A DNA stretch of 64,000 nucleotides, taken from positions 10,630,883-10,694,882 of the forward strand of contig NC_068984.1 in assembly GCF_001194135.2 (NCBI RefSeq), in the 5' to 3' direction. The translations under genes were made by a program, and so were the position numbers. Below the pieces are notes generated by a model that did no database searches, had not been told where the DNA came from, and was given only the letters and a program-made list of their open reading frames with translations. Each line of letters opens with the position of its first letter. Position 1 is the stretch's first letter. The DNA is from Octopus bimaculoides. Lineage: Eukaryota. This document shows positions 25,223 through 39,326 of the stretch, piece by piece.

Positions 25223-25304
25223 GCAAGCTAGCAGAATCGTTAGCATGCTGGGCAAAATACTGCTAAGCATTTCGTCCGGCATGCTAACGATTCTGCAAGC
25301 TCGT
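25223..25304. repeat. Inverted duplication of the SINE B head (36 bp stem, 10 nt loop)
   Basis: GCAAGCTAGCAGAATCGTTAGCATGCTGGGCAAAAT / ATTTCGTCCGGCATGCTAACGATTCTGCAAGCTCGT. Confidence 0.85.
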
Positions 25305-25410
25305 CAACTTAAATAACTGCTAATAATAATTCACTACCTTGATTCAACTATTTATGCCTTTCTTCTTAACAATCACACTTGTACCTAAAGAAAGAAATCT
25401 TTATTTTGCT

Positions 25411-25770
25411 TATTACCTCCACCTTAACAAAGGCTGAGGTATTGTTTTCAGTCATGTTTATTTGTTTGTTTGTCCTTGGACAAGATATCTCAAGGACCAC
25501 TGGATGGATTCGGATGAAACTTGCAGGTATATTTGGCCTCGTGACTGGCACAAACTGATTAGATTTTGGGATCAATCCGCTACCGGACAAGGATTCTGGA
25601 TTATTTTTCCACTTAATTTTTGAGAGCGGTCAGGTTCATCTTTAGTATTCCCATTTGTAAGAGCAGTTGAGTTTATTTCAGATATTCTCATTTTAAAAAT
25701 CTCTGGCTAATTGTTGAGAGGATGTTGGTGTTGCTTCGGTGGAGGTTTGTGCTTTCTGAGTGCTCTTGTT
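25411..25770 (+). mobile_element. Helentron-associated non-autonomous element (HINE/DINE-1-like)
   Basis: 5' TTACCTCCACC subterminal repeat, (GTTT)n tract, GGATGAAACTTG core, 3' GGTGGAGGT inverse and terminal hairpin remnant. Confidence 0.7.
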
Positions 25771-26850
25771 ATTCTGTTTGTTCCAGCTAATAGACCAACG
25801 TCCAACTGTGTGTTATCTCAAGTCTTGGGCTTAAACATTCATTTTAGGTTCATTTGGTTTGAGTTTATCTCAGTTTCCACAGCATCTTACATGACTGGGA
25901 TTACAAGACTACTCCCTAAACAAGACCCTAGTCTGTCACAGTTTTCACACCCTCACAACCACAGCACACCTCAAATTGTCTATTCCTTAAGCATGGAACA
26001 GGTCTATCACTGTGTTTGCTCTCCCATATGCACTCATATCTCAAGGTGTCTACTCCTTGAACACCACAACTGTCTGTCACAGAGTGTGTTTTATCCACAC
26101 ACACACACACTGTGTACTCTCTCTGAACAGGACACCTGTCTGTCTTAGAGCCTCCCCTCTTCCTCTCAAGCTGTCACATGCTTATTCATAGCTCAGTGGA
26201 CTGAATCAACATGAAATGAACTCTTGTGCCCAAGGCCACAATGTGCTACTGATCTGAGTATCAAACACACACCCTAACAGTCATAAACCTAACACTCCAT
26301 CCATCACACCCTTCCCTTTATGGAGTACAATTGTAGATTGTAATTTTTTTTTAATTCAAATTTCGATAAAAGTCAACAAACAAAGTTTGCTTCAGAAGCA
26401 TTGAGATGTATTGAAAGATACAGAAATAATTTTATTCTCAAACACAGGATAATGCTAATAATATAGCATGAATGGGATAAATTATTCATGTTTTGCAGAA
26501 AAATGTGTCTGCAAAATACGGGTAGTTTACCCTGTTTGTGCTATACTCTTAGCCTTATCCTGTGTCTGAGAATAAAATTATTTCCTTGTAATTTTTTTGT
26601 TTTAATCAAGCCTTAGAACTCCTAAGGTCGGTTAGTTGGTTTCCATGGTATATAAGTAACCAAGATCACAATGCCATTCCCCACCAAATGGGATGCTGGC
26701 CTGTTACCGGATTCAAGGCCAGTAATTTTGGGGGGAGAGGAGGACAAATGCATAGTTGACCTCAGTAGGATCCAAACTTGGAACATAAAGATATGCTGCT
26801 AAGTATTTTTTTTTTCAGTGTGCTAACAGTTTTGCCAGCTTGCCACCCTA

Positions 26851-27853
<1,003 letters not shown>

Positions 27854-28559
27854 TGGTACTTGTTTTATCAACCCTGAAAGAATGAAAGACAAAGTCAATC
27901 TCCATGGAATTTAAACTCAGATTGTAAAGAAAGATGAAATGTCACTAAGTATTTTGTTCAGCGTGCAAATGATTCTGCCAGCTCACTTATTATTATTATT
28001 ATCATCATCATTATTATTATTACTAACAATAATAGTAGTAATTCTTTCTACCATGGGCACAAAACCTGAAATTTTTGTGATGGGATTAGTCAATTACATC
28101 AACCCCAATATTTGACTGATACTTGGTTTATAGACCCTGAAAAGATGAAAGGCAAAGTTGACCTCAGTACGATTTGAACTTAAAGAACCAGAAAAAAAAT
28201 TTCCTCTAAGCATTTTGTCCAATGTGCTAACGATTCTGTGAGCTTATCACCTTTGATTATAACTTTAAGCTACCTTTTATCTTTTACTTGTTTCAGTCAT
28301 TAGACTACAGCCATGCTGGGGCAATGCCTTGAAGAAATTTAGTCAAATAAATTGACCCCGGTACTTATTTTTTTTTTTTAAGCCTGATACTTATTCTATC
28401 AGTTGCTTGAGTCGCTAATTTACAGAGACACCGGTTGTCAAGCAGTGGTGCGGGACAACCACAGGCACAAAGACACACACACATACACAAACTGAAAATG
28501 TGTATACATATATCAATACATAGGAATATTTTTTAAAATATTTATAAAATATAAATATA

Positions 28560-28875
28560 TAGGTGCAGGAGTGGCTGTGTGGTAAGTAGCTTGCTTACGA
28601 ACCACATGGTTCCGGGTTCAGTCCCACTGCGTAGCACCTTGGGCAAGTGTCTTTTACTATAGCCTCGGGCCAACCAAAGCCTTGTGAGTGGATTTGGTAG
28701 ACGGAAACTGAAAGAAGCCCGTTGTATATATGTATGTGTGTCTGTGTTTGTTCCCCCACAACATCGCTTGACAACCGATGCTAGTGTGTTTACGTCCCCA
28801 GCAAAAGAAACCAACAGATTAAGTACTAGGCTTACAAAGAATAAGCCCTGGGGTCAATTTGCTCGACTAAGATTC
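28560..28875 (+). mobile_element. SINE family A, near full length
   Basis: Head with GGTTCAGTCCC, short spacer, tail ending in GGGGTCAATTTGCTCGACTAA. Confidence 0.88.
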
Positions 28876-29163
28876 ATGAGTTTCGTGTGTTGAAGCATAT
28901 TCTGTTGTCTAGGGAGTCGTTCTCTTTTAATGCCTTATAATTTAACACACTTACCAGTAAAATTTCCACTTATTTGTTATTTTTTTAAAAATTTTTCTAA
29001 AATTTTCATTGCGTCTTGCAACCTTTTCAATAGTTTTGACTCTCAAAATGAAAATTTTAGAAAAATAAAAACAAATAAAAAAGAAATAAGTGGAAATTTT
29101 AGCGGTGAGTGTGTTAAATTATAAGGCACCAAAAGAAAATGACTCTCCCCAGACACAACAGTA

Positions 29164-29200
<37 letters not shown>

Positions 29201-30266
29201 GACGGTCTGCATTATGTTTCCGTCTGCCAAATCCACTGACAAGGCTTTGGTCAGCCCGAAACTATAGTAAAAGTCACTTGCCCAAGGTGCTACACAGTGG
29301 GACTGAACCCAGAACAATTCAGTTAGGAAGCAAGTTTCTTACCACACCCTCACACTTCTGCTTATTTAAGTAATATTCTTGCCTTGACCTTTTCTTAAAT
29401 TTGTCTTAGTTCTACTTTGTCTTGTTCATTGATTCTTAATGTATTACCACGTTTGTCCTTGGTTTAATCCTCATCTTGCTTCTTTTTATTTTTATCTAAC
29501 AATGTATTATCGGTTTCTAAGAATTTTTCTCTTGTCAAAGTGGCCTTGGCTCATTTCTCTAAATACTTTTTAAATGTTAAAGGATGAATTCCATGCCAGA
29601 CAATGGACTTTCAACCTAGATCAAGTTTAATGTCTAATGCAAAGAGCATTAGTGCTAAACAAAACAGAATCTGTGAAACTTGTTGCTCTTCTTGGTGTAA
29701 GAGAATGGAAGATGAAGTTACAGAATTATTAATGCATTAGAATAAATGCTTTCCAATATTTGTTCTGGTATTTCATATTCTGAGTTCAAATCCTGCCAAG
29801 GTCATATTTACTTTTTTCCTTTCTGAAGTTGATAAAACAAAATCTAAGCAATCAATATAATCATCTAGCTCAAAAATTGCAGGCCTTGTGCCTGTAATAG
29901 AAAGGATTATTATTGTTGTTGTTGTTGTTGGTAAGTATTGATCAATCAATCTGTGATCTCGTTTTAATTCCTAGAACAGTCTGCTTTACATTAAATATTA
30001 ATATTCTTAGAAAAGTATGATTGCTGTCACTCTTGTTTTCTCTCTCTCTCCAACAAGACTTCATACTTAATGTTAAAAAATTCATTAACAATATCATTGA
30101 TATAATTGTAGAAAGAAGTGGATGGCAGAACTCGGTAGAGTAACCGACACAATGTCTTGCTGTATCATCTCTGTGTTCTGCGTTCAAATCCTGCCAACGT
30201 TGACGTTACCTTTCATCCTTCTAGTACCAGTGAAATACTGAGGCAGCCAATATAAACAGTTCCCTC

Positions 30267-30580
30267 CAGGGCTGTGGAGTTGGAGTCATGGAGTCGGAGT
30301 TGGTAGAACTATACCGACTCTGATTCCGACTCACAATGTCTTTATTCTTTGATATAAACCAGTTATAACCTATAGGCCGACTCAAAGTACAAGAGTATGC
30401 ATATGCTTTATGAGATATGTAGACCACAATCACTTGATTATATAAAGAGGAATCGGAGTCAGAGGTGCTGACAGTAGAGGAGTCGGAGTCAGAGATGCCG
30501 AAAGTAGAGGAGTCGGAGTCAGAGGTGCCGACAGTAGAGGAGTCGGAATCAAAGTTTTTTGTTTCAACGCCACAGCCCTG
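30267..30580. mobile_element. hAT-type MITE with three 30 bp internal repeats, inserted in a SINE B relic
   Basis: TIR CAGGGCTGTGG / CCACAGCCCTG; 8 bp TSD GTTCCCTC (30259-30266, 30581-30588). Confidence 0.92.
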
Positions 30581-31627
30581 GTTCCCTCCCCTCAAAATCT
30601 GAGGTTCTACTTCTGTTAGTAATTATTATTGTTACTATTGTTAAAATGATAAACTGGCAGAATTGGTAGAGCATTGGACAAAATGCTTAGTGCATTTTTT
30701 CAAGCTTTACATTCTGAGTTCAACCCCCATTGAGGTCAATTTTGCTTTCATTTTTTTTGGAGTCAATAAAATCAAGTACCAACCAAGTATTGGGATCGGT
30801 GTAATTACCTAGCCCCTCACACTAAAATTTGAAACCATTATTATTGCTATTATCATTGTAATGACTCTGATGCACAAATTTAGAGCCTAGAAACTGTGCG
30901 GAAGCCTGTCATGTTTGTGTCTGTGTTTGTCACTCACCTCCCCCCTGCTACCTCTTGACAACTGGTATTGGTTTGCTTTTAATGTCTCTGCAACATAAAT
31001 ACTGGGGTCAATTTAATTAAAACTCTTCAAGGCAGTGCCCCAGCATGGCCGCAGTTCAATGACTGAAACAAGTAAAAGATAGAAGATTGTGTTGTTGGGG
31101 AGGATTAATTTAAACTCTGTTTAGTTGACTTGTTTGTTTTTTTTGCCTTGAACTATTCTCAATATATCGCTGCGGACAGAAGACGTTCGTTTAAGAGTTT
31201 CCCAAAGTAAACATTCGAAATATTGATTGATACGACATATTGATTTTGTTACAAGATTGATGACGTCCCAGAGACAATGGCAAAGCAAGCCATCAATTGA
31301 TTAAACTTAGCAGTAAACTCAAATTGATAGTTCTTCTTTGATGGAAAAGTATTTCAAATAAGACCATTAACTCAGTTATTTTCATAATGTCTTTTTTATT
31401 TTTTATCATTCTCTAACTCAGAGGCACAAGATTCCACATATCTTTTAGTTTGTCTTTTTTTTTTTTTTTACATGATTCAGTCATTGGACAGCAGCCATGC
31501 TGGGAGTACCCCCTCAGAATGTTTTAGTTGTACAAATTAATTCCAGTATATATTTTGTTTATTCCCTTTTGCTGAACTGCTAAGTTATGTTAATAAACTA
31601 ACACCAGTCATCAAGTAGTGGTGAGTT

Positions 31628-31870
31628 CAAAGACACACATACATGCATACATGCATGCATACATGAATAAATACATACATAAATAAATACATGCATACAT
31701 GCATGCATAAATATGTATATGCATGCCTACATACATACATGCATGCATACATACATACATACATACATGCATAAATAAATACATGCATACATGCATGCAT
31801 GAATACATACATACATAGAGACATACATATATACATGCATATATATGTATATAATATGCATACACACGCA
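31628..31870. repeat. Mosaic tetranucleotide microsatellite (ATAC/ATGC/ATAA/ATGA)
   Basis: Direct inspection. Confidence 0.9.
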
Positions 31871-31974
31871 CACATGCCAGCATGGAAAACAGATGTTAAA
31901 GGATGATGATGATGATGACACACACACGCACACATGTGATGGGCCTCTACACCATTACCATTTACCAAATTGTG

Positions 31975-32410
31975 AGTGGATTTGGTAGATGGAAACTGAA
32001 AAGAAGCCCATCATATATATATCATATATGTGTGTGTGTTTGTCCCTCCATCATTGCTTGACAACTGATATTTGTGTGTTTACATCCCCATAACTTAGCG
32101 GTTCAGCAAAACAGACCGATAGAATAAGTACTAGGCTTACAAAGAATAAGTCCTGGGGTCAATTTGTTCGATTAAAGGCAGTGCTCCAGCATGGCTACAG
32201 TCAGATGACAGAAACAAATAAAAGAGTAAAAGAATATGTACTTACTGGTGTGTCTGTGTTTACGTCCCCGTAACTTAGTAGTTCGGCAAAAGAGACCAAT
32301 AGAACAAGTACTAGGCTTACAAAAAATAAGTCCTGGGGTCGATTTCTTCAACTAAAAGGCGTTGCTCCAGCATGACCGCAGTCAAATGACTGAAACAAGT
32401 AAAAGAGTAA
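31975..32410 (+). mobile_element. SINE family A with tandemly duplicated tail
   Basis: Tail present at ~32075-32235 and again at ~32250-32410. Confidence 0.8.
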
Positions 32411-33483
32411 TAATATAATGGTTTTATTGCTGCTTCATCTTTTGCACTATAAACTCAAACCCAGACCTTTTTATTTTATAATTATTTAGTCAGAGAGAGA
32501 GAGAGAGAGAGAGGGACAGACAGAGAGAGAAATACAGCATGCATGTGTGGCCCTTTTATTTTCTCAGTATTTCTGAAACCTGTAGGAAGAGATTATCCCC
32601 AAACTAGTGACCTGGTTTCTTTGGTTGCTTGCAACTGTGTGATCTTCTGTAAAACTACCCAAAAACCTGGCAGTTGTGGTTGCCTAGGCCTTGGCAACAG
32701 GTTGACCCTACAACTCAAGAACATGATAATGCAAAGAGCCTGAAAATATAACCCAAAGCATCACACCTAATATACTCCATTAATAATTCCATTTTCCATC
32801 GTTCTGAACTTGTACTTTAATTCATTGTCCTCCATTTATTAGAATTATTACACAGAATAACAATTTTCATCACATTAAATTTAAAATATTAATAATTAAT
32901 TTCTCAATATATTTCACTAATCCATGCTCTAAATCCTAATAATTCTGCTAAATCATTGCTCCTGACTTGTACTTCATTTTGTTGGCTGTCCTCTATTTGT
33001 TAAAACTATTACACAATAGAATTTACACTGCACTAAAATTTCAAATATTAATAATTGATTACACACTATATTCAAAATTCAATCAATACTTGGTGGTCTA
33101 CTTTAACAAATGTATGAAACTTTATCCCATGATATCAGAATGTCGTTCTACAGCATGGGTTTCATTGCTATATTTACTTTGCTCTTCACTAATCTCTCAA
33201 TGAGATGGACTGACTGGTGAAAGTATATTTCACCATGGAAACAATACAACCCAACATACATTCTATCACTGTTAGTGGTCTAAACCTTCTCTGCATTATC
33301 CCGTTGTCTTCTCCCAAGTGAACACATTAAAAACCATTGATGGAGGGGATTATTTTCCTCAAGTCCCGATTCTGGACGAACAAACTCTTGAGCAAGTTAT
33401 TTCAATCATCACCAACCCATCTTTATTATTTGATCACAATTGACAGAAGCACTTTCCTACTCCTTGTTTACACAGAGAAATAT

Positions 33484-33700
33484 TGTTTTTTACTCTAGGC
33501 ACAAGGCCCGAAATTTTGGAGGAGGGGGCCAGTCAATTAGATCAACCCCCAATATTCAACTGGTACTTAATTTATCGACCCCGGAAAGATGAAAGGGAAA
33601 GTCGACCTCGCCGGAATTTGAACTCAGAACTTAAAGACAGACAAGATACTGTTAAGCATTTTGCCCGGCATGCTAATGTTTCTGCCAGTTTGCTGCTTTT
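33484..33700 (-). mobile_element. SINE family B
   Basis: Reverse complement of the 15025-15255 type. Confidence 0.85.
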
Positions 33701-34580
33701 ACATGAAGAGAAATATTCTCACACACATATTCAGGGAGAGGCAGGGAAGGAGAGAATGAGAGAAACATTAAAATGTCTGCATTGAATCAGTGATGCCAAA
33801 TGAGTGGCACCAAAACAGCTATGCCAAAATGTCTCATATTCATCTTTAGTTAGAATATTNNNNNNNNNNNNNNNNNNNNNNNNNNNNNNNNNNNNNNNNN
33901 NNNNNNNNNNNNNNNNNNNNNNNNNNNNNNNNNNNNNNNNNNNNNNNNNNNNNNNNNNNNNNNNNNNNNNNNNNNNNNNNNNNNNNNNNNNNNNNNNNNN
34001 NNNNNNNNNNNNNNNNNNNNNNNNNNNNNNNNNNNNNNNNNNNNNNNNNNNNNNNNNNNNNNNNNNNNNNNNNNNNNNNNNNNNNNNNNNNNNNNNNNNN
34101 NNNNNNNNNNNNNNNNNNNNNNNNNNNNNNNNNNNNNNNNNNNNNNNNNNNNNNNNNNNNNNNNNNNNNNNNNNNNNNNNNNNNNNNNNNNNNNNNNNNN
34201 NNNNNNNNNNNNNNNNNNNNNNNNNNNNNNNNNNNNNNNNNNNNNNNNNNNNNNNNNNNNNNNNNNNNNNNNNNNNNNNNNNNNNNNNNNNNNNNNNNNN
34301 NNNNNNNNNNNNNNNNNNNNNNNNNNNNNNNNNNNNNNNNNNNNNNNNNNNNNNNNNNNNNNNNNNNNNNNNNNNNNNNNNNNNNNNNNNNNNNNNNNNN
34401 NNNNNNNNNNNNNNNNNNNNNNGTTGAGGCTCCAAGTCTGTCCAGTATTGTCTGCACACCTTGAAGTTTGGCGAATAAAAAACAAATAAAAGACAGAGAT
34501 GTCCAGGTATTAGTGCATTTAACACCTGGACATCCTTGTTACTTATTTGCTTTATATATATATATATAAAATAAATAAAT

Positions 34581-34827
34581 GCGTCCTTTTAAAGACTAGC
34601 CAGGCTCATGGGCCCGGTTTCCCGGTTTCAATGGCGTATGTGTTCCCCACCTGGACAGGATGCTAGTCCATCACAGCGCTACTCATTTTTACCAGCTGAG
34701 TGGACTGGAGCAACATGAAATGAAGTGTCTTGCTCAAGAACACAATGTGTCACCTGGTCCAGGAATCGAAGCCTTAATCTCACGATCATGATGCTGACAC
34801 CCTAACCACTAAGCCACGTGCCTCCAC
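34581..34827 (-). mobile_element. SINE family D (tRNA-like head)
   Basis: Minus strand GTGGAGGCACGTGGCTTAGTGGTTAGG...GCTTCGATTCC A/B boxes. Confidence 0.8.
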
Positions 34828-34835
34828 ATATATAC

Positions 34836-34884
<49 letters not shown>

Positions 34885-35407
34885 GCTTGTTCCACCACCC
34901 AGTACACTGTAAAGTGGTTGGCAAAACCATGCCAAAGCAGGCAATTGAATCCTAATGCATCTCTCTGGTTGGCCAGCTCCTGTCAAACCATCCAATGCAT
35001 GCCAGTGTGGAAAACATATGTTAAATCATGACAATGGTGCACATAATAAAGATGATACTTGTTGAATATATGAGCTACCCATGTTTGTCTAATTGAAATA
35101 TGAGCCTTTCAGGACCCATCTATTCTCATCTCATAAAATTTGTATGAAAGACAGAGAGATTACTTTGAGAAAACCTATGCTCAACGCCATTCTCAAAGCC
35201 TTTTCTTTTTTTTAGATGGATTTTCATGAACAATGATATTTTATATAATGTACCATTTTTTAATGATAGATGAATGTGAGTTCAGGGACATTTTGCTGAC
35301 ATTTCTAGCAGGTTGAGTAAACTGCATAGAGGCCCCTTTCTTAGCTTGTTGTCATCATAGTAGTAGTGGTAGTAGTAGTAAGAACAGCAACAGTACTGGT
35401 AACCTCT

Positions 35408-35805
35408 CTTACTCTTTACTCTTTTACTTGTTTCAGTCATTTGACTGCGGCCATACTGGAGCACCGTCTTTAGTCGAGCAAATCGACCCCAGGACTTATT
35501 CTTTGTAAGCCTAGTACTTATTCTATCGGTCTCTTTTACCAAACCGCTAAGTTACGGGGACGCAAACACACCAGCATCGGTTGTCAAGCGATGTTGGGGG
35601 ACAAACACAAACATATACGCACACATACAAATATATATACATATATACGACAGGCTTCTTTCAGTTTCCGTCTACCAAATCCACTCACAAGGCTTTGGTC
35701 TGCCTGAGGCTACAGTAGAAGACACTTGCCCAAGGTGCCACGCAGTGGGAATGAACTTGGAACCATGTGGTTGGTAAGCAAGCTACTTACCACACAGCCA
35801 CTCCT
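35408..35805 (-). mobile_element. SINE family A, full length, little diverged (CpGs retained)
   Basis: Complete head, spacer and tail. Confidence 0.92.
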
Positions 35806-36205
35806 AATGAAATATTTTTCATTAATGGCGTTCACTCATAGATGCAGAAGGAAATAGTGTAGATAAAACCATGTGATCACAGTTGGATCATGTGACTACA
35901 ATCAGACAATAGGTTCTGGGTGAAAATGTGTCATTTATTAAGAATGGAAAGTACAGGTCGTAACAGAAGGAAGATCAAAGAAGATTTGGGCAGAAGCTGT
36001 GAAGATTAGATTTTAAGATACTCCAACAGATAGCATTATTCTATAAAATCATTGAAGACATTATTAGCAAGAAAAATGTAAATAGATTTTGTTGTTGTTG
36101 AAACTTGAGTGTAAATATGATCAAAAACTTTCCTGTCAGGTTCAGATTGTTTGGTTTTTTTCTTTTGTTTAGCCTATTTAAAACGTTGATGTGTTCAGTT
36201 TTTAT

Positions 36206-36411
36206 TTAACTCTTTAAAGCATTCAGGTTCCTCTGTCAAATGTAATGTTTATTTATCCACATTGTCTTGAATTGATCATACAATATTTTGCGGTTCCAAG
36301 ATTGTGATGATATTTTGGAACAGGTGTAAGAGGCTGGATCTGGCCAGCTGGAACATAAAATTGGTAGAACATTTGGGCCAAAAACGGCTGATCTAAATGC
36401 TAAAGGGTTAA
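36206..36411. mobile_element. Second piggyBac-type MITE family
   Basis: TTAA-flanked, TTAACTCTTTAAAGCATT ... AATGCTAAAGGGTTAA. Confidence 0.65.
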
Positions 36412-36764
36412 AGTCATATAGTATGATTTGTGGAAGATTTAGTTACTATTTCTAGCAGACCGAGTGACTATGTAGATGCTCTGTCATTATTGACTCAACA
36501 ACAATAATGATGATGATGTCGATGACAATCTTGTAGTAGTAGTAGTAGTAGCAGTAGTAGCAGTGGTGGTGGTAGTAGTTGTTATTCGATCATGTTAGGC
36601 AAGGCTTCGATGATTTTCCGTTTTTTTTTTTTTTCTTTTACTGTAAGAGGAAAATGTTCTTTCTTCATTGTTAATAATTCTAATTTTCACTTCATTTGTT
36701 TTTTTATTTTTACGTAAACTATTTTACTTGGCAAACTTACACAAACACATGCACATGCATGTAT

Positions 36765-36803
<39 letters not shown>

Positions 36804-37009
36804 CATGCACACTAACCTATCTTACCATCAGCCACAGCAGTAGTAGTTTCATTATATATTTTTTTTTAAAAGCTTTTATGAATCAGATAAGTTTACATGT
36901 TACAACTGTTGCTATGCAGCTTATGCTGAATGGTGTCAAATGCTATGTGTATTAGTTCATGTGTACCTGGAGTAAAATGGTGTTGGTTATTATTGTTATT
37001 CTTCTGACG

Positions 37010-37950
37010 GTCGAAGTTCAAATTCTGCCAAGGTCAGCTTTGCATTTCGTCCTATTGGGGTCAATGAAATAAGTACTAGTTAAGTACTGGGTCAGTGTAA
37101 CTGTCTAGCTCCTTCCCTGAAAATATTTCAGGCCTTGTAGCTATGGTAGGAAGGATTATTATTATTATTATTAAGGTGGTGAGCTGGCAGAAACGTTAGC
37201 ATGCCGGGCAAAATGCTTAGCAGTATTTCGTCTGCCGTTACGTTCTGAGTTCAAATTCTGTTGAGGTCAACTTTGCCTTTCATCCTTTCGGGGCCGATAA
37301 ATTAAGTACCAGTGAAACACTGGGGTCAATGTAATTGGCTTATCCCCTTTCCCAAAAGTGCTGCCCCTGTGGCAAAATTTGAAGCCATTATTATTATTAT
37401 TTAAGACATCACACAGTATCCAATATTGTGATGTTGTTGAATGAAGATGTTGTGTCTACAGGATGGGGGGGGGGAGGTTGTACTGTCTGTCAAGTCACAA
37501 CAAGGACCTCAGACAGACACAGTACTTTACGCAACATGCATGCAATTCTGAGTAATGCCGATTTAATTATTTCCCCCTGTATGTTCTGAGTTCAAATGCT
37601 GTGCAGGCCAATTTTGCCTTTCATCTTTTCAGGGCTGATTTGATAAGTATCAGCTGAACACCAGGATCAATGTAATCAGCTTCCCCCTCCCCTCGAAATT
37701 ACTGGCTTTATGCCAAAAATTAGAAATATTATTAAAGCTGCAAACTGGCGGAGCTGTTAGCATGTTGGACAAAATGCTTGGCAGGTTCTCTTCCAGCTCT
37801 TTACATTCTGAGTTCAAATCTTGCCAAGGTTAACTTCGCCTTTTATTTATCTAGGGTGATAAAACACCCACCAAATACTGGGATTGATGCAATCAATTCA
37901 CAATCCATCCCTAAAACCAATATCCAGCGTACCAAAATTTGAAACAATTG
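37010..37950 (+). mobile_element. Cluster of four co-oriented SINE B copies of different ages
   Basis: GAGTTCAAAT core at ~37015, ~37248, ~37590 and ~37810, separated by (ATT)n tails. Confidence 0.8.
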
Positions 37951-38145
37951 TTATTATCATTTCATTTATGTACAACAAACAGATTAGACTGTTTGAAAAA
38001 AATTCTTAACATAGAAATGCAACAAGTGACCTTAGATGCCAAGAACCCTCCTAAGTATCCTAGCTGTCCCTAATAATACTGTTTCCTGGAACTGCACTAA
38101 ACTAGGCTTTATTCCTATTTCCCCTGTTTATCTGTTCATATCTTT

Positions 38146-38176
<31 letters not shown>

Positions 38177-39140
38177 TGATATTATTGTTGTTGTTGTTGT
38201 TTAGCTGTTGTAAGTTATATCTCTACCTCTATACATTAAGCAACAGTGCAATAGATCAATCTCATAAAAAAAAAAAAGAAATGTTTAGAATGTACTAGAA
38301 ATATCTAACTTATACACTTTGTTCTCAACATGTGAAAAAGCATTTTTCTGTGAATCAATACATTTTCTCTTGAAGTTAAGAATTCTTGTGTCAATAATAC
38401 ATGTGTTAAAATATTTCAAAGAAGTTAGTATTTTATTTAACTTGTGGAAATTTCATGAAGTGAAAATATGAAATACAAGAGTTGGGACAACTTTCACAAG
38501 TATGTCACTTACAAATTGATTTCTTACGTAAAACCTCTCAGATTTGTATAAGCTGGGCAGGATATCTTGATTTAAACAAAAACTAGCGAAGAGGAGTAAT
38601 CAGAGTGGCCAGTAGCATGTATTTGAATAACATAGACAAATACAGGTATATCGAATACTATACAACATAAATTCTTGGTTTATTAAAATTATCTCTGCCT
38701 CTCGAGTATGGGTCATAATTAGGAAATGGCGATTAAGACCAGCTTCATATAAGTCAATGTCAAGATTCAAAAATTCTCCATTTGTCATTAACACGGAATA
38801 AGATGAGCTTCTGGTCTGGAGATAAGAGGATGGTTGTGGACACATATTTCTGCTTCAGTAGCCATCACTGTTGATGTTATAACTCTGCTTGGATCATGAT
38901 ATTTCTTTCATCTTTTACTCCTTTCAGTCATTCGTGTGTGGCCATGCTGGGGCACCACCATGAAGAATTTTAGTTGAATGAATCAACACCCCAGGACTTA
39001 TCATTTTTTTTAAAGCCTGGTACTTATTCTATCGGTTTCTGCTTGCTGAACTGCTAAGTTACAAGGAGGTAAACTCATCAAAACCAGAAATAATACATTT
39101 CTAAATCTCTAAGAGATTTATGCAGTAGTAATACGATGAA

Positions 39141-39326
39141 GTAGCTGTATGCTGTTGGTTAGACCTAGGAAGCTGCACTGTTTCCTGTTGGCCTTGACAC
39201 CTTAAACATAAGGACACAGGAAATGTGTCAATGCCGACAGGAAGTGGTGCAGCTTCCTAGGTCTATCCAACAGTAGTATTATTCCCTTTAGGGGACTGTC
39301 ACGTTAAGTTGACAGCATACAACTAC
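39141..39326. mobile_element. Palindromic MITE-like element with a 49 bp inner stem
   Basis: 39152-39200 versus rc of 39225-39273 (43/49); outer IR GTAGCTGTATGCTGT / ACAGCATACAACTAC. Confidence 0.8.

Noticed and set aside
38600-38845. 81 aa minus-strand ORF and an overlapping LSPDQKLILF beta-propeller-like phrase
   Set aside because: No consistent splice sites or recognisable family
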